Made by a program: the position numbers and the translations under genes
The notes under the pieces: model-generated
What the model was told of the DNA's origin: nothing
Database searches by the model: none
The model's input: the letters and a program-made list of their open reading frames with translations, nothing else
Shown here: positions 21,175-30,887 of the stretch, one piece after another
How positions within the stretch are numbered: the first letter of the stretch is position 1
How the letters are laid out: every line of letters begins with the position of its first letter
From: Rubripirellula sp.
Lineage (GTDB): Bacteria; Planctomycetota; Planctomycetia; Pirellulales; Pirellulaceae
NCBI GenBank assembly: GCA_965216875.1
Contig: OZ244207.1
Location: forward strand, 288,001-352,000
Length of the DNA: 64,000 bases
Direction: 5' to 3'

Positions 21175-23013
21175 ATGTCGGGTGCTTCCTCCAACCAGCC
21201 AGAGGGTGAAGAGTACGACGGCGACATTCGAATTCGTCGTGGACTCTATCCCGAATTCACATGGACGGCCGTCATTGTCGGTTGGGTCATCGGTGTGCTG
21301 ATCGCGATTTCGATCGGCTATGCCGCGCTCATTCTCGGCTTTGCCATCGAAGGCTCGGAACTTGCCGCGATCCTCGGATGGGGTGTCCTACGCGGTGTGA
21401 TGCAACGAACAAGTATCGTTGAAAACAATATCAACCAAACGATCGCTTCGGCCGTCAATGGTGCTTCCTCGGGCATCATGTTTTCGGTCCCGGCGTTGTT
21501 CATCTTGAGCCGCAAAGAGGGACTCGAGTCGGTCGCCGACTTTAGCATCCCGCTGATGATTCTGTCGTGCATCACCGGCAGCATCCTTGGGCTTGCTTTT
21601 GTGATCCCGCTGCGAAAACAGATGATCGACTTCGATCGGCTCGCCTATCCAGGTGGGATTGCGGTGGCAACCATCTTGAAGTCGCCCGGCGCTGGAGTGC
21701 GCAAAGCGGTGTTGTTGCTCGGCGGAGCACTCTTCTCGGCGATCGCCTCTTTGATCGTCTTGAAGTTCTATGGTGGGCATGGCGATTGGCATCTTGGCGA
21801 TCAGATCGGGATGCCGCCAATGATGAACCTGATGTTCTTCTTGTCCGTGATGACAATCGGAGTCGGCTTCTTGTCGGGCAAGGGAGGGTTTTGGTTTGGT
21901 GCTGGCGGTTTCGTTTGCTATTTCATCCTGTCACCGCTACTGGCTAATTTCGCGGGTTCCGAAGAGCTGCGAACCCTTGTCGACACGCCTGGCGAGATGC
22001 GTGGGGAAATCTACAAACCTCTTGGAATTGGAATGCTCGTGGGCGCCGCGGTGGGCGGGATCATCGCGGCGTTTCCGTTGATCATCAGTGCGATGCGGTC
22101 GATGCACTCGGCGAGCAAGCACGAAGGTGGGGCCGGCAATGATGAGATGCCGATCAAGTTCTTGTACAGCGCCATCGGTGCTGGCCTGTTGGTGATGATC
22201 TGGGTTGCCTTCAGTTCGACTGCCGACATGACCTTCGGTCGGGCTGCTGCGATGGCGGTCCTGGGGACGCTTTGGGTGTGGGTTGCGGGGGTCGTTGTTG
22301 CCGAGTGTATCGGCCGCACGAATTGGTCGCCGCTATCGGGCATGACGTTGATTGCAGTGACAATTTTGATCTTGGTTGCCAAAGGCGGACTGGATCACGT
22401 CGGCACGATCACCAGTTGCATGGTGGTGGGGGCCGCAATCTGCTTGGCCATTTCGCAAGCGAGCGACATGATGCTTGACTTGAAGTCAGGCTATTTGGTT
22501 GGCGCGATTCCACGACGACAACAGCTTGCACAATTTGTCGGCGCTTGGCTCGGACCCGTGGTGGTTGTGTTTTTGATGATCGTACTCAACGGTGACGACA
22601 ACGCGATTGGCTCGGAACGCTTTCCAGCTCCCCAGGCCAACGCGCTCGCGTCGGTGACGGACGCGATCTTGAACGATGATGTCCCGGCCTATCGGTACGT
22701 TGCCGGCGGCGGTCTCGGCTTGATGCTGGCGATGAGCGGATTGGGTGGGATCGGCGTGCTGATTGCGCTCGGGTTTTATATGCCGTTCAACATTGCACTT
22801 ACTTACACCCTGGGGAACATCCTTCGCATCGTGTCGGACAAGACGATGGGAACGAAGTGGAGCCATGAGGTCGGAATTCCGATCGCCGCAGGTTTGATCG
22901 TTGGTGAAGCACTCGTCGGGGTTGGGCACGCGTTCTACGTCGTGTTTGCCAAGGCCATTGAATCAGCCGAGACGGCGATGGTGGTGAGCGAGCAAGTCGG
23001 AAACTGGATGTGA
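21175..23013 (+). CDS. OPT/YSL family oligopeptide transporter
   Basis: ENNINQTIAS, IPLRKQMI..LAYPGG, SPLSG, DLKSGYLVGA.PRRQQ, APQA, GLIVGE. Confidence 0.92.
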   Translation: MSGASSNQPEGEEYDGDIRIRRGLYPEFTWTAVIVGWVIGVLIAISIGYAALILGFAIEGSELAAILGWGVLRGVMQRTSIVENNINQTIASAVNGASSGIMFSVPALFILSRKEGLESVADFSIPLMILSCITGSILGLAFVIPLRKQMIDFDRLAYPGGIAVATILKSPGAGVRKAVLLLGGALFSAIASLIVLKFYGGHGDWHLGDQIGMPPMMNLMFFLSVMTIGVGFLSGKGGFWFGAGGFVCYFILSPLLANFAGSEELRTLVDTPGEMRGEIYKPLGIGMLVGAAVGGIIAAFPLIISAMRSMHSASKHEGGAGNDEMPIKFLYSAIGAGLLVMIWVAFSSTADMTFGRAAAMAVLGTLWVWVAGVVVAECIGRTNWSPLSGMTLIAVTILILVAKGGLDHVGTITSCMVVGAAICLAISQASDMMLDLKSGYLVGAIPRRQQLAQFVGAWLGPVVVVFLMIVLNGDDNAIGSERFPAPQANALASVTDAILNDDVPAYRYVAGGGLGLMLAMSGLGGIGVLIALGFYMPFNIALTYTLGNILRIVSDKTMGTKWSHEVGIPIAAGLIVGEALVGVGHAFYVVFAKAIESAETAMVVSEQVGNWM

Positions 23014-23020
23014 GATAGAG

Positions 23021-23596
23021 ATGTTGCGAGCAATTGGACAAATCTTGTTGTGGCTTGGCTTCGTGGTAGGTGCGTATGCGTCCGTCTGCCAACTCGAAGT
23101 TGCGGTACCCGTCGAAGGCGAAAGCGAAGTCGATAAGTGGGCTACCATTCCGTGGACCAACTACTTTGTTGGCATCTTCATTGGCATCGGCGGTATCGTT
23201 TGCCTGAGGCTTGCCGCAAAACAGGAACACGAGGACGTCGAGCAGACGGAAGCCGAATACTCGGTCATACGAGCGAGTTTGGATAGAATCACCGCGGTGG
23301 TTGGCGAGTTGTGCCAACAGAGTGAGCACAAGCCAACGCAGGTCTTGCAGACGATCGACGATCAATGCGTCGAAGGGTTCTCGGAATTTGCTGATTCACG
23401 ACAAGCATTGGTGAAGCGTTTCGGCATGAAGGTCTACGCTGATGTGATGACCGAGTTTGCAGCGGCCGAACGGTATGTGAACCGGTCGTGGTCGGCCGCG
23501 GCGGACGGTTATGTGGAAGAAGTCGCCTCAAGCCTCAAACGGGCCAAGTCTCATTTGGACAACGCACAAGAGCTTCTTGCTGCTGCTGAAGGTTAG
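23021..23596 (+). CDS. Hypothetical membrane-anchored protein, co-operonic with the OPT gene
   Basis: Two N-terminal TM helices; FAAAERYVNRSWSAAADGY motif; 7-bp gap to upstream gene. Confidence 0.75.
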   Translation: MLRAIGQILLWLGFVVGAYASVCQLEVAVPVEGESEVDKWATIPWTNYFVGIFIGIGGIVCLRLAAKQEHEDVEQTEAEYSVIRASLDRITAVVGELCQQSEHKPTQVLQTIDDQCVEGFSEFADSRQALVKRFGMKVYADVMTEFAAAERYVNRSWSAAADGYVEEVASSLKRAKSHLDNAQELLAAAEG

Positions 23597-23833
23597 GTAG
23601 TGGACGAGGCGACGAGTCCCTCAACAGCCCGCCGGCCTTGAGCGGCAAGGCGTTAGTTAACACTCTCCCTTGGAAGAGTCGGGCTCTAAGGCCCGGAGAG
23701 GGTTTGTATATCGAGGGATGATTCCCTCCCCGGACTTTGCGTCCGACCCTCCCGCAAGCGGGAGGGTGATTGTTGGAGCACTTTACCTCATGGCACTGTA
23801 ACTCCAAGGCCCGACGCTAACGCGTTCGGCTCA
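23597..23833. repeat. Mosaic of REP-like palindromes between convergent genes
   Basis: GTAGTGGACGAGGCGACGAGTCC (23597-23619), CCCTCCC-family composite (23659-23768), GCCCGACGCTAACGCGTTCGGCTCAC (~23809-23833). Confidence 0.75.
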
Positions 23834-23848
23834 CGAGTTGGGGCAAGA

Positions 23849-26800
23849 CTATCGGAGTCCCAGGTGCGTGAAGACAGCGTCGCCGCCAAAGAAGATCGCA
23901 CTGTTTTTTGTGTGCAGGAAGGGGGCGTAGTCGCCGATGTCAGGGATCGTCGATTCAAAATCGTCAGGTGACTCTCCGTCGTTGTCGACATCGACGGCAA
24001 AGGTAATCGCACTGCCGCTTTTGATGATCGAGATACGATGAGTTCCGGCTTCACGCAACTTGCCGATCTCTTGGACACTGTTGCGATCGAGTCTTCCGTC
24101 GGCGCCTGTCTTGCCGATATTGACTGAGCCGTCACCCTGGAAATGATCGGGCGGATTGATGCGCAGACGCACGCAACGTTCGACTTCATGAAGCCGGTCG
24201 TAGCTTCCGTCACCGATGCCGATAAAGATCGGTCGATCGAGCGGCTGACGCGCCGATCCAGGTGGTACCGTAAGGACGAGGTCAAAGTGGAAATCGCCGC
24301 GCAGGAAGTCGGCGCGTCGCGACCGGACCACCGCTTGTGGTTTGACGACAAGTCCGTCCTTGCCCAGCATTGCGTTGGCAAAGTTGAAACCGGTTGTGCG
24401 GCGACCAATCGGTTTCACCCCGAGTGGCAGGGCCGCGATCGGTGCTCGGGCGGCGGGCGGTTTGGCTGCTGGTGCGACAACCGCTGCGCCTTGATTGAGT
24501 CGAAGACGATTGAAGGTGCCGCCACCACCAAAGAAGAGGTGGCTGTTTTTGGAATGCAGGAAAGGAGCAAAGTCCTCAATGTCTGGAATCGTTCTTTCCA
24601 GGTCGTCGGGGCCGTCGCCGTCGTTGTCGATATCAATCTTGAAGGTCACCGACTTGCCTTCCTTGGTGATGATGGCTCGGTGAGTTCCAGCGTTGGGGAT
24701 CCTGCCCATGCCTTCGCCGCCAACACCGGTTTTGGAAAGAGCGACTTCACCTTTGTGTGTGACAGGTGGATGGATTCGCAAGTTCACACTGGATGCAGGT
24801 TCCTTGTAGGAGCCGCGGCCGCGACCTTCACCAAGCCCAACGAACATGATCGAGTCGTCTTTGGTGATTGTAAAAACGATTTCGAAGGTGAAATCTTTGG
24901 CAAGGAAGTCGCCCTTTTTCGTTCGCACATATTGATCGCGACCGATGTTGTAGAGTCCGTCTTTGTTGGCCAGCACACGAGTCGCTTCCAAAAACGAGGG
25001 GTAGCGCGAACGCCCGCCAAAATTGAACCAGCGGCCTCCGCCTTCTGCGATGCCGCCACCAATCGCCGGTGCGCCGCCGATGGCCGGGACGCCGCCGGCA
25101 CCAATCCGCGGAGCGACTCGGTGAGTCGGGCGCATGTACGACCCCAGCGACAGCGGACCAACGAGAGATCCAAACGCACTTTCAAACGCGTCTCGCTTGA
25201 TCGTGCCGCCCGGCAATCGCAAGGTGCCGATCAATCGCTGAAGATCGAGACGCCCTTGGATGCGGCCCAGGAGTTTGGTACGCGTCATGCCGAGTTCGGC
25301 GGCAGCGAGTGATGCGTCGAGTTCATCTTCGAATCTTGCCGCCATGTTGAACACGGGTTCGCCCGTCACCGAAGTACGCCGAATGCCAAGCTCGGCCATC
25401 GCCTCGGTGAAACGGCGAGTGTCCTTTTCGAATGCGTCGTCGAGCACGGATTGGTCAGGATAGATCGCCTTGATGGTTTCCAAGTTGTCTCGGAACGCGG
25501 GTGAGTTGACCAAGACGTTGCGGCGAACTTCGTCGTCTTTCGCGATCAGCCCCGCCGAGTGACATCGCATGCAGGAGAGACCATTGACGACCGAACCGTC
25601 GGCCTGGCTTGGATCTTTGACAATCGATGTGGGCGCTTTGTCGAGCCGCGTCCCTGCTGCGTCAGCCAAGTAGTATGCCTGCAATCCATTGGGCAAGTTA
25701 AAAATGATCTCGCCACCATCGGCTGCGAATTGCAGCGGGTTGGAAAAGAAATTCTTGTCACCGGCTGCTCCTGCGAAGTCGTACGAAACCCAACATGCGC
25801 CGTCGGACGTTTCATGACGCTCGATGATTCGTGGGTGGACGGAGATGCCCGATTCATTGAATCCCGCACGCGCCACACGTTCCTGACGAACATCTTGCGC
25901 GAAATCAATCTTGAGTAGACGCTGAAGCTGGGACGACGTTTCGGGCAAGCCGAGCACGGCGTGGTAGAGCGGCGGGCGCGATGCAACCGCGACGAACCAA
26001 TCACCACGTACAAATGGCAGCGAACTTCGTGTTTCTGAAGTCACGCGTTGGAAATCGGGTCCAGAGGCACGAATTGCATAGGGATAGAGCGACCGAATGG
26101 CGATCCAAGTCTCGGTACTCCAACGAAGGTCGCGAATGTCGATGCGGAAGATCGTTGCCGCGGGATCGATCGGCCGCGGATGAACAAGGCGGCGCTCCCA
26201 TGAAAGGCTATTGAGGAGTTTCGCAATCGCTAATCGATACGTTTGCAGTTCATCATTAGAACGTTGCGCGTTGTAAAGATGGGTGATCGTAAAGTACCGC
26301 GTGAAGCGACGATCACGCTCGTTGACCGAATCGAGGTCGATTCGAATCGCCTTCAAGATGTCCGCGTTGCTAATGAACTCGCGTTTCGGTTTGGCGACGG
26401 GGCGGGCCCCGGCGCGGATCCAAGCACGCACGGCAGCGATTTCTTCGGCGGTCGGTCGCGGCTCCGTTCCCTCTGGCGGCATGTCTCCATCGACCATCCG
26501 CTCGAGCATCGGCGAATCCTCGGGGGTTCCCGAAACAACCTTTTCGGTTTCGACGAGCCGTTCCAAGTCGATTGCGTAGTTCATGCCCCCTTCGTTCGAC
26601 CCGCCTTCGCCATGGCACGAGTAGCAGTGCTTGCGAAACACGGTCAAAGCGGCTGCGGTTTCGGGGGCCGCCGATCGCTGTGCGATGAACTGTTGATCCG
26701 CTTCACTCAGCTTTCCGAGCGGCACAGACACGATCGAGCCGTCAGGTCGGCGAAGCCGCGCGACACCCTTTTGGACATCCACCAATTCGGCTTCGATTCG

Positions 26801-26977
26801 ATAGGCTCCGCTTTGGTCGGTCCATTCACGGGCATCGACCCTTGCTGGCGTTACTAGGCAGATCGCGAGCGAAACGAGCAGCAACGTTTGGCCAGTGGAG
26901 GCTGGCAAACTGCGGACCAGGGGAATACAGGCGGGCAGGAAACGGGCAGGCAGGAAACGGGGGGGCACACTCTTCAT
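23849..26977 (-). CDS. Secreted SHD1 + cytochrome c (CYSCH, CMRCH) protein with a duplicated C-terminal beta-rich domain
   Basis: REWTDQSG..IEAELV...VPLGKLSEADQQFI (SHD1); two CxxCH; twin C-terminal repeats; start approximate. Confidence 0.8.
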   Translation of the reverse strand: MKSVPPRFLPARFLPACIPLVRSLPASTGQTLLLVSLAICLVTPARVDAREWTDQSGAYRIEAELVDVQKGVARLRRPDGSIVSVPLGKLSEADQQFIAQRSAAPETAAALTVFRKHCYSCHGEGGSNEGGMNYAIDLERLVETEKVVSGTPEDSPMLERMVDGDMPPEGTEPRPTAEEIAAVRAWIRAGARPVAKPKREFISNADILKAIRIDLDSVNERDRRFTRYFTITHLYNAQRSNDELQTYRLAIAKLLNSLSWERRLVHPRPIDPAATIFRIDIRDLRWSTETWIAIRSLYPYAIRASGPDFQRVTSETRSSLPFVRGDWFVAVASRPPLYHAVLGLPETSSQLQRLLKIDFAQDVRQERVARAGFNESGISVHPRIIERHETSDGACWVSYDFAGAAGDKNFFSNPLQFAADGGEIIFNLPNGLQAYYLADAAGTRLDKAPTSIVKDPSQADGSVVNGLSCMRCHSAGLIAKDDEVRRNVLVNSPAFRDNLETIKAIYPDQSVLDDAFEKDTRRFTEAMAELGIRRTSVTGEPVFNMAARFEDELDASLAAAELGMTRTKLLGRIQGRLDLQRLIGTLRLPGGTIKRDAFESAFGSLVGPLSLGSYMRPTHRVAPRIGAGGVPAIGGAPAIGGGIAEGGGRWFNFGGRSRYPSFLEATRVLANKDGLYNIGRDQYVRTKKGDFLAKDFTFEIVFTITKDDSIMFVGLGEGRGRGSYKEPASSVNLRIHPPVTHKGEVALSKTGVGGEGMGRIPNAGTHRAIITKEGKSVTFKIDIDNDGDGPDDLERTIPDIEDFAPFLHSKNSHLFFGGGGTFNRLRLNQGAAVVAPAAKPPAARAPIAALPLGVKPIGRRTTGFNFANAMLGKDGLVVKPQAVVRSRRADFLRGDFHFDLVLTVPPGSARQPLDRPIFIGIGDGSYDRLHEVERCVRLRINPPDHFQGDGSVNIGKTGADGRLDRNSVQEIGKLREAGTHRISIIKSGSAITFAVDVDNDGESPDDFESTIPDIGDYAPFLHTKNSAIFFGGDAVFTHLGLR

Positions 26978-27176
26978 AGTCCAAATTGTATCAAGCGACA
27001 CCAGCAATTGCCGGTTCCAGGATTCGTGGTCGGATCCGCTGCCGATAGGACGCGGGGCGATCGGGTGAGTTAGAATGTCTGCGACTTCGAGATGGCGGTG
27101 TTTTGCTTTGACGCGCGCCATGCCGTGGTCGGTTCCCACCTATTGCTGCCACAGTCCTCCCTCGGCATTTGTCCTG

Positions 27177-30100
27177 ATGACGCAACGCCTCTTGGTCTTC
27201 GCCACCGTTGTCTTGTTCTGTTTCGTGAAGCCGTCGCTGTCCGAGACGCTGCGGCACCCCGAATCGCTCGAGCAACAGCTCAAAGCGACCTCGTTGGCAC
27301 GGTTGGTCAAAGAGACTCGGCGGCGCGGCGATCCTCGTCGTGGTGCGTTGGTCTTTTACAAATCAGCCGCTGCCTGCGCATCGTGCCATGCGTCCGGAGA
27401 GGGGGCGACGCCTCTCGGCCCGAATCTGGCTGAACTCGGAAAGGTCACTGACGAGCACGTCATTGATGCTCTGTTGCGTCCGTCCAAGTCGATTCGCGAG
27501 GGCTACGAATCCGTTTCTGTCTTAACGATCGATGGAGATGTCTTGGTTGGCATGAAGGTGGGCCAAAGTGAGGATGCCATCACGCTGCGTCCGGCCGACG
27601 ACCTGACGAAAGACAAAGTGATCGACATGGACGACGTCGAAGCGATTCGCAAAGGTGACAAGTCGTTGATGCCTGAAGGGCTTGTCGCATCGATCGCAGA
27701 CCAACGTGACTTCTACGACTTGGTGGCCTACATCATCGAAGTTGCCGCTGGTGGAAAAAGACGCGCCGCAGAACTCAAGCCCTCCGCCGAAGCATTGGCG
27801 ATCAAAGACGACTCGATTGGTCTTGATCACGCGGGCATCATCAAGAAGCTTAAACAGCGTGATTTTGATGCGGGCAAAGGAATCTACCACGGCTACTGTT
27901 TCAATTGCCACGGCAACGATGGCAACACACCTTCGCTGCCAACGGCGCGTGCATTCGGCACTCAAAAACTCAAGTTTGGAAGTGACCCGTACGCAATGTT
28001 CATGACGCTCACGCGCGGCAATGGCTTGATGTCGCCCATGTCCCATTTGACACCCAAGGAGCGTTACCAAGTCGTTCACTACATTCGTGAGCGGTTCATG
28101 AAACCGTCCAATCCGGACTACGTCAAAGTCACCAAGGGCTACTTGGCCAAGCTTCCAGAGGGTACCAAAGATGGCACCGAGCAAGATCTGACGCCGCGTG
28201 ACTATGGACCTGTCCTTGCATCACAGCTGAGGCGTGAATTCAGTAGCGTTCTGACAGCGCGACTTGACGGAATCTCCCTCGCCTATGACCTGCACACGAT
28301 GGGTCAGGCTGATGTTTGGGAGGGCGACCTGGACCTGAGTGACACACAACACTACCGGCCGCGCGGTGAAGGGACCGCCGACCCACAAGGAAAAACGATC
28401 AACGGACTTGCGGGGTGGAATTGGGGACACGAGGGAACACTTGACTATCCGAAAGACGATCTCTTGCCTCGAGGTCCGATGCCGACAAAGTGGATGGACT
28501 ACCGAGGCCATTACTTGCATGGCGAACGGTTGGTGCTGAGCTACGCGATCGATGGTCGCGATGTTTTGGAAACGCCCCATCGAGTCGCGGGAGCCGTTGG
28601 CCTTCGCCACTCGCTCCGCATCGGACCAGGTAAGTCCCTTGTCTTAGCCGTCGCTTCACCGGCGTCAAAGGAACAACTGAATCCGTTCGTGATCAAGGTA
28701 GGACATTCGTCAGCAACGTCGCTCGGTCTCGTCACACTTCGAAGGCATTCGGCGAACCGGGCGCCTGGCCCATTCACTGCCGCGGGAGCGGTGGGTGATG
28801 TGTCGGGCGCAACATTGAAGCTCGACGCCAAACAACGGCTTGTGTTGACAATCCCCGCCGACACGAAACCACGTCAGATCGAATTGATTCGAGGCGTCGG
28901 CGCAAGCGACGCCGACATGGCAGCATTGGTTGACGAGCTCAACTCATACGAGGAGGCTCCGAAGACCAACTTTGCAAAACTCACCTCGGGCGGTCCGCAG
29001 CTTTGGCCCGACGTGTTGAAAACCGTTGGCTACCCAGGGCTCGAACGTGATGGCTATGCACTCGACACGATCACGATTCCTGACGCCACACCCTGGAACA
29101 CCTGGTTTCGCACATCGGCGATCGATTTCTTTCGCGATGGTCGAATGGTGGTGGCGACCCATGGTGGTGACGTTTGGATCGTCTCGGGCGTCGACGACGA
29201 ACTGCTTGACTTGCGTTGGAAACGTTTTGCTGGCGGCTTGTATGAACCGTTCGGAGTGAAAGTCGTTGATGAGACGATCTATGTCACATGTAAAGACCGC
29301 CTGACACGGCTCCACGATTTGAACAACGACGGCGAAGCCGACTTCTACGAAAGTTTTTCTGCGGACGAAGACGTTTCTGTCAATTTCCACGCCTTCAACT
29401 TTGATTTACAGACCGACAACGAAGGCAACTTCTACTATTCCAAGAGTGGCCACGGCACCGATTCCGAGATCCCGGGCGCGGTGATCAAGGTCACGAAAGA
29501 TGGCAAACAACGCGAGATTTTTTGCACCGGATTTCGAACCCCCAATGGAATGGGCAGCTTTCCTGATGGCACCGTCACAGCCAGTGACAATCAAGGTCAG
29601 TGGACGCCAGCGTCCAAAGTGAGCTTGTTGAAAAAAGGTGGCTTTTATGGCTGGGTCAACAACTATTCGATTCCGGGAAAATGGGAACCTGGTGGCGGTT
29701 CGATTGACCTCGATGCAATCGTTCCTCCCGAGACGTTCGATCAGCCACTCGTATGGATGCCACAAGAATTTGACAACTCATCCGGTGGACAAGTCTTTGT
29801 GGATGACAAACGTTTTGGACCGTTGTCGGGACGCATGTTCCACACCAGTTTCGGAAAAGGTTGGCTCTATTACATGATGACCCAACACATTGGTGATGTC
29901 GCACAATCGGCAATCATCAAATTGCCTTTGAACTTCAGCACCGGCATCATGCGCGCTCGGGTCAATCCGGCGGACGGTCAAGTTTATGCAACCGGGCTGC
30001 AAGGTTGGAACGGTGGAGGTCGCGTCGGGCTTGCTGAAAAAGGCGTCCAACGTGTTCGCTATACCGGTCGCCAGCACCATCTCGTTCGTGATTGCCTGGT

Positions 30101-30437
30101 CGAAAGTGATGGTCTGAGACTTGCGTTCAACTTTGAGCTCGACCCCGATGTGGCGACCAACCTGAAGTCCTACGACGTCCGGCACTGGAATTACCACTGG
30201 GAAAAGTCATACGGAAGCGACCAGTATTCGCCAACGACCGACAAGCCGGGGCCCGAGGCAATGAATGTGACTTCGGTCACGCTTGGTGCCGATGGCAAGA
30301 GTGTGAAATTGAACATCCCCGACCTCAAACCCGTCAATCAAGTTCACCTTTTGTTGAAGGTGTGGGCCAAAGATGGCACCGGATTTGAGGAAGAAATCTA
30401 TTGGACAATCAATCGGGTTCCGTCCCGATCGCCGTGA
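27177..30437 (+). CDS. Heme-binding c-type cytochrome / DUF6797-like / beta-propeller dehydrogenase-like protein
   Basis: GDPRRG..VF....CASCH, SLMPEG, CFNCH, TGFRTPNG, DNQGQW. Confidence 0.8.
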   Translation: MTQRLLVFATVVLFCFVKPSLSETLRHPESLEQQLKATSLARLVKETRRRGDPRRGALVFYKSAAACASCHASGEGATPLGPNLAELGKVTDEHVIDALLRPSKSIREGYESVSVLTIDGDVLVGMKVGQSEDAITLRPADDLTKDKVIDMDDVEAIRKGDKSLMPEGLVASIADQRDFYDLVAYIIEVAAGGKRRAAELKPSAEALAIKDDSIGLDHAGIIKKLKQRDFDAGKGIYHGYCFNCHGNDGNTPSLPTARAFGTQKLKFGSDPYAMFMTLTRGNGLMSPMSHLTPKERYQVVHYIRERFMKPSNPDYVKVTKGYLAKLPEGTKDGTEQDLTPRDYGPVLASQLRREFSSVLTARLDGISLAYDLHTMGQADVWEGDLDLSDTQHYRPRGEGTADPQGKTINGLAGWNWGHEGTLDYPKDDLLPRGPMPTKWMDYRGHYLHGERLVLSYAIDGRDVLETPHRVAGAVGLRHSLRIGPGKSLVLAVASPASKEQLNPFVIKVGHSSATSLGLVTLRRHSANRAPGPFTAAGAVGDVSGATLKLDAKQRLVLTIPADTKPRQIELIRGVGASDADMAALVDELNSYEEAPKTNFAKLTSGGPQLWPDVLKTVGYPGLERDGYALDTITIPDATPWNTWFRTSAIDFFRDGRMVVATHGGDVWIVSGVDDELLDLRWKRFAGGLYEPFGVKVVDETIYVTCKDRLTRLHDLNNDGEADFYESFSADEDVSVNFHAFNFDLQTDNEGNFYYSKSGHGTDSEIPGAVIKVTKDGKQREIFCTGFRTPNGMGSFPDGTVTASDNQGQWTPASKVSLLKKGGFYGWVNNYSIPGKWEPGGGSIDLDAIVPPETFDQPLVWMPQEFDNSSGGQVFVDDKRFGPLSGRMFHTSFGKGWLYYMMTQHIGDVAQSAIIKLPLNFSTGIMRARVNPADGQVYATGLQGWNGGGRVGLAEKGVQRVRYTGRQHHLVRDCLVESDGLRLAFNFELDPDVATNLKSYDVRHWNYHWEKSYGSDQYSPTTDKPGPEAMNVTSVTLGADGKSVKLNIPDLKPVNQVHLLLKVWAKDGTGFEEEIYWTINRVPSRSP

Positions 30438-30498
30438 CCAAACGTGTCAACGCGGCCGGCTACCTTCGTTCTTCGTCTCCCATCAACAGAGGTGAAGC

Positions 30499-30738
30499 AT
30501 GTCGAAGGATTCACGCCAGCACCACAGCGAACGAGATTTTGAGCCGATTATCGAGGGGTGGCTGATCCATCGGATCGATACGGATTGCCGCGAGCGATAT
30601 CTGCAGATCGCAACCGGCCAGTGGTGCCCCGATGTCTACGCAACGCTTTTTCCAGTCCAATCCGCGGCCAAAATCTACGCAGATGAATTTGGTTACGAAG
30701 TCGGGGTCGATGTAGAAATCGTTCGATTTCAGTTTTGA
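30499..30738 (+). CDS. Small hypothetical protein
   Basis: ATG preceded by AGAGGTG; 79 aa filling the intergenic gap. Confidence 0.55.
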   Translation: MSKDSRQHHSERDFEPIIEGWLIHRIDTDCRERYLQIATGQWCPDVYATLFPVQSAAKIYADEFGYEVGVDVEIVRFQF

Positions 30739-30887
30739 CATTGGCTCCTGCGCCCTTTTAGGTGCGTGACGACAATCGAGCAGCCGACTACAATCTGGAG
30801 TCCCACCTTTCGCTTCGAGTGAAAGCGGCGTCGACGCTCGATGCCGCCCAAGAAATCATCTTCCGGTTGATCGAAAGAAACCTCTCC

